In this document: in pieces, positions 17,870 through 27,474 of the stretch
How the letters are laid out: every line of letters starts with the position of its first letter
How positions within the stretch are numbered: the first letter of the stretch is position 1
From: an uncultured bacterium
GTDB lineage: Bacteria > Acidobacteriota > HRBIN11 > JAKEFK01
Direction: 5' to 3'
Assembly: GCA_963777505.1 (NCBI GenBank)
Contig: CAVZQN010000007.1
Location: 96,001 to 160,000, forward strand
Length of the DNA: 64,000 nucleotides
The notes under the pieces: generated by a model
The model's database searches: none
What the model was told of the DNA's origin: nothing
Seen by the model: the letters and a program-made list of their open reading frames with translations, nothing else
Program-made: the position numbers and the translations under genes

Positions 17870-20869
17870 TCAGTCATTCTTCCTTCCAAACGTAAATTTC
17901 GGAAACAACCTCCTCGAAAGAGGAACATGTAAAGCAATGGTAGTACCGTGACCTGAAGACGACTGAACATTTAAACTTCCGTTCATTTCGGCCGTCCTTT
18001 GACGCATATTCCTGAGGCCGTGACCATGTGTTGTTTCAAGCAAATCAAACCCTTTGCCATTGTCATGAATTTTCATTACTAAAAAATTACCCTCAATTTT
18101 CAAAGAAATTTCTGCGGATGAGCAGTTTGAATGCCGGACCATATTGTTGATTGCTTCTTTAAAAATCAAAAAGACATGACGCTTTACGTCTGGTGGAACT
18201 TTACGTTGCGACTCCGTCATGTCTGATTCAAATTGAAAGATAATTCCTCGTGCCATCAATACATCGCTTACAAAGCGCCGCATGCGTTGAATCAAATCGC
18301 CGAAACGATCTTTCGCTGGATTTACAGCCCAAACAATATCGCTCATGGAATCGACCAATTCGCGAGAAACCCCTGCAATATTTTTCCATTCTTGTACAGC
18401 TTGTAAATCCGCTTGATCAATTCTTCGCCCTGTAACTTCACTCAAGATTGCAATCTGAGACAACCCTGAACCAATATCATCATGCAGATCAGTTGCAATG
18501 CGCGTTCGTACACGTTCAAGTTCGATCACTCTTGAAACTCGATAACGATGGATCAGCCATCCTATAAAAACCACAAATAATGTGCATAACGAATAAAACC
18601 ATCCTGTTTGATAAAAGTGTGGTTGAAGATAGAGAGCGAGCGACACTCCATCTTTATTCCACACTCCGTCCTTATTGCAGGCAGTAACATGGAAGCGATA
18701 TCTTCCTGGTGGAATGTTGGTGTAATAAGCGACTCTCCGCGTGCCCGCATCAATCCAGTCATCATCGAATCCATCAAGCTGGTATTTGAACTTAACTTTT
18801 GATGGAGCCAGAAAGCTAAGCCCTGTGTATTGAAATTCCAATCTGCCTTTGCCAGGTGGGAGTTTAATTATCTGTTTTAGTTTTCCAGCTACTTCAGAAC
18901 GAGATTTGTCATCGAATACAATTTCCTCAATCATCACTAAAGGGGGCTCCTTATTGATCTTGAGATTAGCTGGATCGATCATCACAACTCCTTTGGTTGT
19001 TGGAAACCACAGTCTACCGTCTCTCGTTTTCCATCCTGCGGGTTGAGGACCACCATTGCACTCAGCACTTTTCATTCCATCGTCAACTCCATACGCAATG
19101 GAATGAATTGAACTGATTTTCCCTGCGGCAAAATTTTCAAGCTCATTGATCGATACGGAGAAGATGCCTTTGTTGCAAGACATCCATAAATTCTCTTGTC
19201 CATCTTCCAGGATTTGATATACAAGATCATTAAACAAACCATCTCTGCTGGTGAAACTTGTGAACTTTCCATCTTTGTAACGATTGAGACCTCCATTAGT
19301 CGTACCGATCCACAAATTTTCACGCAAGTCCTGGTACAGGCTGACTATAAATACATCGGAGAGGCCGTCCTTCAGTCCGAAGGTTGTGAATTTCCCATTC
19401 TTGTACAGATTCAAACCATTGCGAGTTCCGATCCAAAGTCCATCTCGTGTTTCTAAGATTGGCCGGATACGGTCATTTGACAGACCATCCTTCGTTGTAA
19501 ATGTAACAAATTTTCCATCATAGTATCTTGTAAGCCCTTCACTAGTTCCGATCCACAGGTTGTCTGCTTTATCCTGATAAAGCGACATAACATTTCCACT
19601 CACAAGGCCATCTTCCTTTTTGTAAACATGAAATTTGCCATTTCTATAATGATTCAGCCCACCTGAGTGTGTTCCAATCCACAAATCCCCGATGCGGGAT
19701 TCCCATAATGAAAAAATCCTGTTGCTGGATAGGCCGTTCTCAGTAGTGAAATGGCTGAACTTTCCAGCTTCATACTTGTTTAATCCGCCTGAGTCTGTGC
19801 CTATCCATAAACTTCCTCTGGAATCTTCATAGATTGACCAAACAATATCGTCAGAAAGACCATGTTTCGTTGTAAAAGATGTGAACTTAGAATCTTTAAG
19901 ACGATTTAATCCACCAACTTGCGTTCCGATCCATAAACTACCATCGGAATCTTCGCAAAGTGAAAGGATCAAATCACTACTTAGGCCATCTTTCTGCGTA
20001 AGTGTTGTCAGCACCCCATCCCTGAATCGTGCAAGACCGCCGCCATCAGTGCCAAGCCAGATCGTTCCGTGGCTGTCACTGATAACGCACCAAATCCGGT
20101 TATTACGAAGACCTTCTTTTTCAGTATACGTGGTGATGTTGTCATTACTAATAATACTAAGGCCTTCTTTTGTACCTAATAAAATATTGCCCTGGTTATC
20201 CTCCGCAATCGTCCTTACTGTTTGTTTGAACAGCCCTTTCGCAGTCATAAAAGGGAGAATCTTGTCATTGCGGATTAAGTTGATTCCTTCACGCGTTCCA
20301 ACCCACAATGTTTCTTTGCTGTCTTCAAACACCGAAAAAATCGAATTATGAGAAAGTCCTTCCCTGGTTGTATAAACTTTAAATTTTCCATCCTTGAAAC
20401 AAACCAATCCACCGCCATCAGTGCCGATCCATACATTTCCCTTTTTGTCTTCGTAAATGGACCAAATCTGATTCACCAACGCTTTTTCTGATGTGAAGGC
20501 TTCGAATTTTTCATCCTTGTACCGCAGGAGCCCGCCCCCCGATGTCCCGATCCATAGATTCTTTTTGCTGTCTTCGAAAAGTGCAGACATCGTTTGACTC
20601 GTAATTTCTTTGGTGTTGGATTTATCGAAAACTTTAAACCGGATACCATCAAAACGAAGCAGACCTTCTGCTGTTGCGAGCCACAGATACCCAGAAGAGG
20701 TTTGGCGAATTGCAAAGATATTATCGTGGGGCACTCCTTGCTCAGATTGCCAAACATCCAGCGTGTACTGATTGATTGCCTTTTTTGGATCCAGAGCAAA
20801 AAGATAAGTAACGTTACAGAATGTAACTATGAAGACTGCGATTCGAAGAAAATATCGCGCGCAATACAA
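17870..20869 (-). CDS. Beta-propeller (Reg_prop/Y_Y_Y) ligand-binding sensor histidine kinase, HisKA_3
   Basis: Many LWIGT repeats, YYTNIPPGRY, TM helix, RIATDLHDDIGSGL, DNGKGF. Confidence 0.95.
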   Translation of the reverse strand: MYCARYFLRIAVFIVTFCNVTYLFALDPKKAINQYTLDVWQSEQGVPHDNIFAIRQTSSGYLWLATAEGLLRFDGIRFKVFDKSNTKEITSQTMSALFEDSKKNLWIGTSGGGLLRYKDEKFEAFTSEKALVNQIWSIYEDKKGNVWIGTDGGGLVCFKDGKFKVYTTREGLSHNSIFSVFEDSKETLWVGTREGINLIRNDKILPFMTAKGLFKQTVRTIAEDNQGNILLGTKEGLSIISNDNITTYTEKEGLRNNRIWCVISDSHGTIWLGTDGGGLARFRDGVLTTLTQKDGLSSDLILSLCEDSDGSLWIGTQVGGLNRLKDSKFTSFTTKHGLSDDIVWSIYEDSRGSLWIGTDSGGLNKYEAGKFSHFTTENGLSSNRIFSLWESRIGDLWIGTHSGGLNHYRNGKFHVYKKEDGLVSGNVMSLYQDKADNLWIGTSEGLTRYYDGKFVTFTTKDGLSNDRIRPILETRDGLWIGTRNGLNLYKNGKFTTFGLKDGLSDVFIVSLYQDLRENLWIGTTNGGLNRYKDGKFTSFTSRDGLFNDLVYQILEDGQENLWMSCNKGIFSVSINELENFAAGKISSIHSIAYGVDDGMKSAECNGGPQPAGWKTRDGRLWFPTTKGVVMIDPANLKINKEPPLVMIEEIVFDDKSRSEVAGKLKQIIKLPPGKGRLEFQYTGLSFLAPSKVKFKYQLDGFDDDWIDAGTRRVAYYTNIPPGRYRFHVTACNKDGVWNKDGVSLALYLQPHFYQTGWFYSLCTLFVVFIGWLIHRYRVSRVIELERVRTRIATDLHDDIGSGLSQIAILSEVTGRRIDQADLQAVQEWKNIAGVSRELVDSMSDIVWAVNPAKDRFGDLIQRMRRFVSDVLMARGIIFQFESDMTESQRKVPPDVKRHVFLIFKEAINNMVRHSNCSSAEISLKIEGNFLVMKIHDNGKGFDLLETTHGHGLRNMRQRTAEMNGSLNVQSSSGHGTTIALHVPLSRRLFPKFTFGRKND

Positions 20870-20914
20870 GGTGCAACCCCAAGGATTCTTAGACTCATTT
20901 ATTTTAGCGCATGT

Positions 20915-21012
20915 GCCCTGCGTATTTCTGTACGAGGCCCTGCGTATTTACGTAGGAAAACTTCTACAAAATAGCCTTCCTGCGTTGCAATACTACAGAA
21001 CTACGTGGCGAC
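20915..21012. promoter_or_regulatory. Putative response-regulator binding sites
   Basis: GCCCTGCGTATTT direct repeat (20915, 20937); ACTACAGAACTACGTGG (20992) resembles ACTACATGATTACGTGG on the minus strand at 17844-17860. Confidence 0.5.
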
Positions 21013-21062
21013 AAAACGATGTAATCTGCGAAAACTTTAAATGAGTGTTCGAAGGAGGATTT

Positions 21063-21578
21063 ATGGCAAAGTGCGGCTACTGTAGTTCAACCATAATTTT
21101 TGGCGGTTTGCGAACCAAGGAAACACGGACGCGTTTTTGCAACCAAAAGTGCTACAACAATGCAGTGCTTCTTGAAGTATCGGATAAGATTCCGATAGAT
21201 GTAGTTAATCAACAAGTACGAATGGTCCATCAAGGACTATGTCCGAAGTGTAAAGGATGCGGTCCGATCGATGTACATATAAAATTTCAAGTCTGGTCCG
21301 CATTGCTCGTTACCTCCTGGAGCAACCGTCCTGAGATTTCCTGCCGGGCATGTGGCAGAAAAAACCAATTGATGAGCGCCTTTGGTTCACTGTTATTTGG
21401 TTGGTGGGGATTTCCATGGGGATTCATCATGACTCCCGTACAAGTCACACGAAATGTTGTTGGCATGGTGAAAGGGCCTGATAATCTAAACCCTTCACAG
21501 ATGCTCGAAAAAATGGTGCGATTAGCAATGGCTTCGGAGTTGGTGGATCACACTGCTCTTAAACAAGCTTCGTCTTGA
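21063..21578 (+). CDS. Hypothetical membrane protein with several CxxC pairs
   Basis: GGAGG RBS; CGYC, CNQKC, CPKC, CRAC; GWWGFPWG hydrophobic hairpin. Confidence 0.75.
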   Translation: MAKCGYCSSTIIFGGLRTKETRTRFCNQKCYNNAVLLEVSDKIPIDVVNQQVRMVHQGLCPKCKGCGPIDVHIKFQVWSALLVTSWSNRPEISCRACGRKNQLMSAFGSLLFGWWGFPWGFIMTPVQVTRNVVGMVKGPDNLNPSQMLEKMVRLAMASELVDHTALKQASS

Positions 21579-21601
21579 TTTAATTTGGGCTTCTTGTAGT
21601 A

Positions 21602-21621
21602 CCCCCGGCTCACGCCGGGGG
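21602..21621. terminator. GC-rich hairpin between convergent genes
   Basis: CCCCCGGC-TCAC-GCCGGGGG. Confidence 0.6.
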
Positions 21622-21675
21622 CTAAATTCTTTGACAAGTTGCTTTCAGTACTGTTTTAGGATGCGAGTTTTTCAA

Positions 21676-22158
21676 TTAGCGCTGTACGCCTGCAACTGTG
21701 GAGATTGCGTTTACGGCGTCTTGAGCAAGACCTACCAGCAATCGCGCGCGATTTGCAGCAGGATGTGTTTTGTGAGGGTCAGTCTCCATTGCTTTCACAA
21801 GGTCCGTTAGCGCTTCCTGCAATTTCCCCAGACGCAACAGTATTTCGCCGCGATTTGCCAAACAGTACGTGTCGTCAGGATCCAGCATGAGCGACGTTGT
21901 ATAACGTTCGATAGCTGCTTCGTAATTCCCCTTATTCTGGTAAATCGATCCCAGGAGTGCAAATGCGTAGGACATACTGCCATCCAGAGTAGTCAGGCCT
22001 TCCAAAATTCTTGCAGCATCTTCCAGCCGTCCCTGCGAGTAAAATATGTAGCCCAAGGACAGGAGTGCGACTTTCTGACGCGATGTGACATTCATCACTT
22101 CTGCCAGCGTGATCTCTCCGTTGCCAAACTTTTCGATTTTTTCACTGTTCAATTCCAT
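21676..22158 (-). CDS. SycD/LcrH-like TPR chaperone (type III secretion class II chaperone-like)
   Basis: 160 aa; GEITLAEVM...LGYIFYSQGRLEDA..LEGL and three TPRs; GGAGG RBS. Confidence 0.7.
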   Translation of the reverse strand: MELNSEKIEKFGNGEITLAEVMNVTSRQKVALLSLGYIFYSQGRLEDAARILEGLTTLDGSMSYAFALLGSIYQNKGNYEAAIERYTTSLMLDPDDTYCLANRGEILLRLGKLQEALTDLVKAMETDPHKTHPAANRARLLVGLAQDAVNAISTVAGVQR

Positions 22159-22168
22159 AGTGCACCTC

Positions 22169-22723
22169 CTATGCCCGCACGGATCTGTTGAATTGCTGTA
22201 ACTCCTGCTGCAGTTTCAGGTTCCTCATTAACGTTTCCTCCATCTCCTTCAGCGTTCTGTACTCTGGACCAACAATTCCTTTCTCAGACTGGACCCAGAT
22301 TCCCTTTTCCTGAGCGGACTGACCTGGAAGGCCATTGATGATGATTCCTTTTTCCTGGAGTGATTTGAGCAATCCGTCCTGACCGAAAACAGTTTTAGCG
22401 AATGTTGTGAGCTCAGCCTGGTTTGCTTTTTCTAATCCCTTGAACTGACCTTGAAATATTTGTTCTGGCGAAGCAACTCCAGCGGCTTCCGAAATCTTTG
22501 TACCGATCAATGGACCTAACATACTTTGGGCGGTATCGGGTCCTCCAAGTGTCTGAAGCTCAAACTTTCCCATCTCATCCTGAGCCGATGAAGCGATCCC
22601 CATAGATATTGCTGTCTTGAGCCCCTGGGCCACCGCATCAACAGCGCTCTGACTGAGCTGCCCATAACGCTCAACGAGATAATCATGGATCATTGGCATC
22701 TTTTCTTCTAATACAGTTGACAT
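22169..22723 (-). CDS. Hypothetical protein upstream of TPR chaperone with three EKGI micro-repeats
   Basis: GGAGG RBS before ATG 22723; QEKGIIING, QEKGIWVQS, EKGIVGPEY; C-terminal coiled coil. Confidence 0.7.
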   Translation of the reverse strand: MSTVLEEKMPMIHDYLVERYGQLSQSAVDAVAQGLKTAISMGIASSAQDEMGKFELQTLGGPDTAQSMLGPLIGTKISEAAGVASPEQIFQGQFKGLEKANQAELTTFAKTVFGQDGLLKSLQEKGIIINGLPGQSAQEKGIWVQSEKGIVGPEYRTLKEMEETLMRNLKLQQELQQFNRSVRA

Positions 22724-22993
22724 AGCAACCTCCATTTGTGACGTCAGCGATTGTGAACCTCTGACGTTCTCTTAGTAATGATCGGACGATGGATCAAAGA
22801 TGTCGCCACGTGTTCTTATAGGAATCCTAACGATTTGCCTCTTTGAAGGTCTTTTTACTACGTGAATAGGTAGGTTAACCAAAGTGCGAAGACGTTAGCG
22901 ATATAGCCATCTATCAACTGTCACAATTAAATTTGATACGGCTCAAGATTAGTCGCGCTTTAGCATCATGTCCGTTATAATGTGCACAAATAT

Positions 22994-25792
22994 ATGAGCA
23001 TTTCAGCAAGCCTGATCGGAAAAACAATTTCTCACTATCGCATTTTGGATCTTTTGGGAGGCGGTGGTATGGGAGTCGTATATCGTGCGGAAGATACGAA
23101 ACTCCGGCGAGAAGTTGCATTAAAATTCCTTCCGCATGAATTATCCCAGGACGAGCAGGCATTGGATCGGTTTCAACGCGAGGCTCGCGCTTCATCAGCT
23201 CTGAATCATCCGAACATTTGCACGATTCATGATGTTGATTCCGGAATTCCTTCTGAAAATGGATCGAAATTATCGGATCAGCCGGTCCATTTTATTGTTA
23301 TGGAACTTCTCGAGGGACAAACACTCAAGCACCGGATCGAAGCCGGGCGATTTGAAAGCAAGGAATTATTAGACATTGCGATTCAGATAGCCGATGGTTT
23401 GGATGTTGCGCACTCACGCGGAATCATTCATCGCGATATTAAGCCGGCTAATATTTTTGTCACAAATCGAAGGCAGGCAAAGATTATGGATTTTGGACTT
23501 GCCAAGCTTGTGCAGCATGAGAAACCGAACTCCGGTGATTCCGCACTGCAGACTACGCCACATGACGGATTGACTGGTGCTGGCATGACGTTGGGAACAA
23601 TTGCATATATGTCTCCTGAACAGGCAAAAGCGATCGATCTGGATTCGCGCACAGATTTGTTTTCGTTCGGTGTCGTGCTTTACGAAATGGCAACGGGACG
23701 CCAGCCATTTTCCGGCAGCAGCAACGCTGTAATTTTTGAAGGAATTTTGAATCGTGACCCAGCCAGCCCTTTGAGTTTCAATCCTTCACTTCCATCACAG
23801 TTTGAACAGATCATTTTCAAGGCGTTGGAAAAGGATCGGGAGATCCGATGCCAGACCGCAGGCGAGATCCGCGCAGATTTAAAGCGGCTCAAGCGCGATC
23901 TGGATTCTGGAAAGTCTGCATCCATGGCTGCATTCAGTTCTTCTGCAACAAACGTTTCCGCGGCACTCTCTTCACCTGCGACGCCCCCGCCAGGCAGTTC
24001 AACTACTTCCATAACACCTGCTTCAAGCCGTCGATTCAACCCCTGGATTATTTTTACATTTCTGGCATTGGGTCTCGCGGCAGGAATTTTTTTCTGGAAG
24101 CGCGGCGCATCTACAGTAAATGTGCCTGTTGATTCGCCTCTTGAAATCGCGTTTCAGCAATTGACTGACGAAGAAGGTGTAGAAGAACGTGCGAGCATTT
24201 CACCAGACGGAAAGACGATCGCATATCAAGCGGGATATTTCGGCAAACGTGATATTTTTCTGCGCCGGGTGGGCGGTCGAAACCCCGTGAATCTCACTGA
24301 AAGCAATGATGGAGAAGACATTGAAGCAGCCTTTTCTCCGGATGGCGAACGGATTGCTTTTCGATCATCAAGAGATGGCGGAGGAATTTTTGTAATGGGC
24401 GCAACCGGTGAATCGGTTCGACGACTCACTGATTTCGGATACAGTCCTGCCTGGTCGCCGGATGGAAAGCAGATTGTGTGCGCTACGGAAGGCGTGATCG
24501 ATATCATGGCCAGATCTACTACGAGCCAACTCTGGATCATTGATGTTGAAACCGGCGCGAAGAAAATGCTTTACAAGGGAGATGCTGTACATCCACATTG
24601 GTCGCCGCACGGATCACGAATTGCATTCTGGGGATTGTCAGGGGAAGGCGGACAGCGCGATATCTCATCGGTTTCAGTAAAGGGTGGGGATGCAATCAAG
24701 CTCACAACAAGTCCTGCTGTGGATTGGAGTCCGACCTGGTCTCCAGATGGTAAGTTTGTTTATTTTTCTAGTAGTCGCGGTGGAAGCTTGAACCTCTGGC
24801 GAGTTCCGGTTGATGAAACATCGGGAAAAGCGATGGCAGATCCAACGCCGGTCACAAGTCCTTCTCTTTGGAGCGGATATCTCGCCATTTCTCAAGATGG
24901 AAAATATTTGACCTATACATCTTTGGAGCGTAGATCGAATATTCAGAAACTCGCATTTGATCCGAAAACTGAAGCTATTTCTGGATCGCTTATTCCAGTG
25001 ACGCAAGGCTCAAAGGTGTACGATTTTCCAGAAGTTTCGCCGGATGGACAATGGGTTACGTTTCGATCCGTCGGAAATCAGGAAGATATTTATGTGATCA
25101 GATCCGACGGAAAAGAGCTTCGGAAATTAACCGATGATACATTTCGCGATCGAGGACCGAACTGGTCTTCCGATGGAAAACGGATCGTCTTTTATTCCGA
25201 TCGTACAGGCCGGTACGAGTTCTGGTCTATCAATGCAGATGGGAGCGGATTACAGCAACTGACCAAACTCGCTGGACGTAGTCTCTGGTTTCCCAGGTAT
25301 TCCCCCGACGGCTCGCACCTCCTTGGTTTCAATGAGGCAGATACTGTTGTTTTTGATGTGAGTAAGGCGTCACCATGGACGAACGAAACTACTCTGCCTC
25401 GTCCCGGAGAAAAAGTAGCCTTTCAAGCGAGTTCATGGTCACCTGATGGAAAACAACTCGCAGGAACTGGGGTTCTAATCTCAGATATGTCCGCTACTCC
25501 AGGCATCATGATTTATTCACTGGAATCAAAGCAGTATTCAATTCTCCAAAATGTTATTCCTCAAATGCGTCTAAGTGTAGTGAGGGATGTCATCTTGTGG
25601 TTGAATGACAACCGGCGTTTGCTCTCAATCAATGCTGGAAGAATCTATGTCATCGATGTTCAGGCCAAAAAAGCCCGCCTTATTTATGACACGCCTGGTT
25701 TGTATTGGCTTAGCGTGTCTAAAGACAACCGATGGATTTATCTAAGCCAACAAGCCGATGAAGGTGACGTCTGGCTGGCCACACTGAAGTGA
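22994..25792 (+). CDS. Ser/Thr protein kinase with TM and TolB-like (PD40) beta-propeller
   Basis: [26 protein letters not shown]; repeated WSPDGK. Confidence 0.95.
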   Translation: MSISASLIGKTISHYRILDLLGGGGMGVVYRAEDTKLRREVALKFLPHELSQDEQALDRFQREARASSALNHPNICTIHDVDSGIPSENGSKLSDQPVHFIVMELLEGQTLKHRIEAGRFESKELLDIAIQIADGLDVAHSRGIIHRDIKPANIFVTNRRQAKIMDFGLAKLVQHEKPNSGDSALQTTPHDGLTGAGMTLGTIAYMSPEQAKAIDLDSRTDLFSFGVVLYEMATGRQPFSGSSNAVIFEGILNRDPASPLSFNPSLPSQFEQIIFKALEKDREIRCQTAGEIRADLKRLKRDLDSGKSASMAAFSSSATNVSAALSSPATPPPGSSTTSITPASSRRFNPWIIFTFLALGLAAGIFFWKRGASTVNVPVDSPLEIAFQQLTDEEGVEERASISPDGKTIAYQAGYFGKRDIFLRRVGGRNPVNLTESNDGEDIEAAFSPDGERIAFRSSRDGGGIFVMGATGESVRRLTDFGYSPAWSPDGKQIVCATEGVIDIMARSTTSQLWIIDVETGAKKMLYKGDAVHPHWSPHGSRIAFWGLSGEGGQRDISSVSVKGGDAIKLTTSPAVDWSPTWSPDGKFVYFSSSRGGSLNLWRVPVDETSGKAMADPTPVTSPSLWSGYLAISQDGKYLTYTSLERRSNIQKLAFDPKTEAISGSLIPVTQGSKVYDFPEVSPDGQWVTFRSVGNQEDIYVIRSDGKELRKLTDDTFRDRGPNWSSDGKRIVFYSDRTGRYEFWSINADGSGLQQLTKLAGRSLWFPRYSPDGSHLLGFNEADTVVFDVSKASPWTNETTLPRPGEKVAFQASSWSPDGKQLAGTGVLISDMSATPGIMIYSLESKQYSILQNVIPQMRLSVVRDVILWLNDNRRLLSINAGRIYVIDVQAKKARLIYDTPGLYWLSVSKDNRWIYLSQQADEGDVWLATLK

Positions 25793-25849
25793 GGCTGGAT
25801 TTAGCAACGCTAATCAAAATTGCGAATTTTGCTATGAAAGTGTATTTGA

Positions 25850-27286
25850 TTATCGATCTGGTTGCGTCAAGTTCAAATAGACACTGATGGTGTGTGATAG
25901 ATAATTTGTAACAGCCAGATCGGCCTTAAGATCACCATTGAAATCGGCCGCAACAATTCGTTTGGGATCGTTACCTGTGTTCAAATTATAAGGTGGGCTG
26001 AAGCGAAGATTCCCTTGATTGATGACAACTGAAAGTTGTCCTGCAGCAAAATTAGAAAAAGCGAGGTCGATTTTGGAATCACCATTGAAGTCACCCGCTG
26101 CGATGTCAAAAAGAAAATCTGCAATACGAATTCTTTTTGGTGCAAAAAAATCTCCATTTCCTTTACCGCGTAGAATCACAATGGAATCCTCGCCGATTGT
26201 GGCTATATCCGGTTTTCCATCACCAGTCAGATCAGCGGCAACAAGATTTTCAATCGAAACTGGAATCCGTTTAAGGCGTTGCTGGTTTAAGCCTGAAGTT
26301 CTGTTGCCTATATATATGGATACTGATGCAACAAAATTGCCGACAATCACATCGTCTAACCCATCGCTATTTAGATCGGCAACCGCGGCCGATTTGGGTG
26401 TATCGCCTGCGGCGAGTGAATGGGCTGGCTGAAACGTTCCGTTACCATTTCCTAAGAGCAATTGAATTCCATTCGTGTCGCGAGTCACGGCTACAAGGTC
26501 AGGCCGGCTGTCACCGTTGAAATCTCCAGAAGCGACAACCCAGGCTGGAGCTGGCAGGGCAACGCGCACGGGATTTCGAAAATTCAACCCGCCAGTCCCA
26601 GCTCTGATGATTATTTCACTCGCATTGCGGTTGCCAAGAGCAAGATCTAGTTTTCCATCGTTGTTGAAATCATTAGAGTTTACCAGTGCCGATGCAAATT
26701 CAGGTTCTCTTAATTTTCGTACTGAACTCAGTTTCCCACCTGGAATCGTGCGGAATAGAAGCGTGTAATAATCCCCATCGGTTCCCACGGCAAGATCTGC
26801 CCGGCCGTCGCCCGTGAAGTCTGCTGCAACAATACCTTCCGGATTAAAAGACCGCGTTGTGTACTGCTTGTTTCCGAAATCAGTCTCTGCTCCCGGAGGC
26901 GGTTCCTCATTCTGACGAATCACCGAAAAGACTGCAGGAAATGATAGAGCTGAAAGACCGATCCGAATGAAACGTGTACCGGAACTCGCCGAAGATGAGA
27001 TCGTGATGGCTGCACGGATTGCGTCCACCTCAACATTGTCGCCGTTTACATTCAGAATCTCGGAAGGAAGAGCCTGAATGTTTTGAACTGTGATGCCTGA
27101 GCCGAAGTTGACTTGAGATGGGGATAGTGCCTCTGGAATCGCAAGTCCCTTGATAACCACCTCCAGTGACTGCCCTGCGGTGCCAACACTGGGAACAGCA
27201 CCAAGCAGAATTGTCACTTGTGCGGTTGCTTGCGAAGCACTCAGAGAAACTAGAAAAAACAAAATCGGCAAGAACTTGTTCATCAA
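25850..27286 (-). CDS. Secreted FG-GAP/VCBS repeat protein with N-terminal Ig-like domain
   Basis: Signal peptide; seven DFxGDGxxDL repeats. Confidence 0.9.
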   Translation of the reverse strand: MMNKFLPILFFLVSLSASQATAQVTILLGAVPSVGTAGQSLEVVIKGLAIPEALSPSQVNFGSGITVQNIQALPSEILNVNGDNVEVDAIRAAITISSSASSGTRFIRIGLSALSFPAVFSVIRQNEEPPPGAETDFGNKQYTTRSFNPEGIVAADFTGDGRADLAVGTDGDYYTLLFRTIPGGKLSSVRKLREPEFASALVNSNDFNNDGKLDLALGNRNASEIIIRAGTGGLNFRNPVRVALPAPAWVVASGDFNGDSRPDLVAVTRDTNGIQLLLGNGNGTFQPAHSLAAGDTPKSAAVADLNSDGLDDVIVGNFVASVSIYIGNRTSGLNQQRLKRIPVSIENLVAADLTGDGKPDIATIGEDSIVILRGKGNGDFFAPKRIRIADFLFDIAAGDFNGDSKIDLAFSNFAAGQLSVVINQGNLRFSPPYNLNTGNDPKRIVAADFNGDLKADLAVTNYLSHTISVYLNLTQPDR

Positions 27287-27474
27287 TCTACTCCTATGAA
27301 ATCTAAAATCATTAGCAATCAGAATGCCATCTATAGTTTCGAGTTATGGATTCACTCCTAATTCCAGAAATGTCCATCTGAGGGACATGTTTGTCTAAAT
27401 CTGTCCAGATATCTTCTGAAGTTGACACTTCTTCTTGGCATCGCCGATAATCTCTTGTAGTTTCCGTTGTCTTC

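Noticed and set aside
17870-27286. Periodic repeats in sensor kinase, TolB-like and FG-GAP genes as CRISPR or DNA repeat arrays
   Set aside because: They are degenerate protein beta-propeller repeats inside ORFs; no identical repeat-spacer structure and no cas genes.
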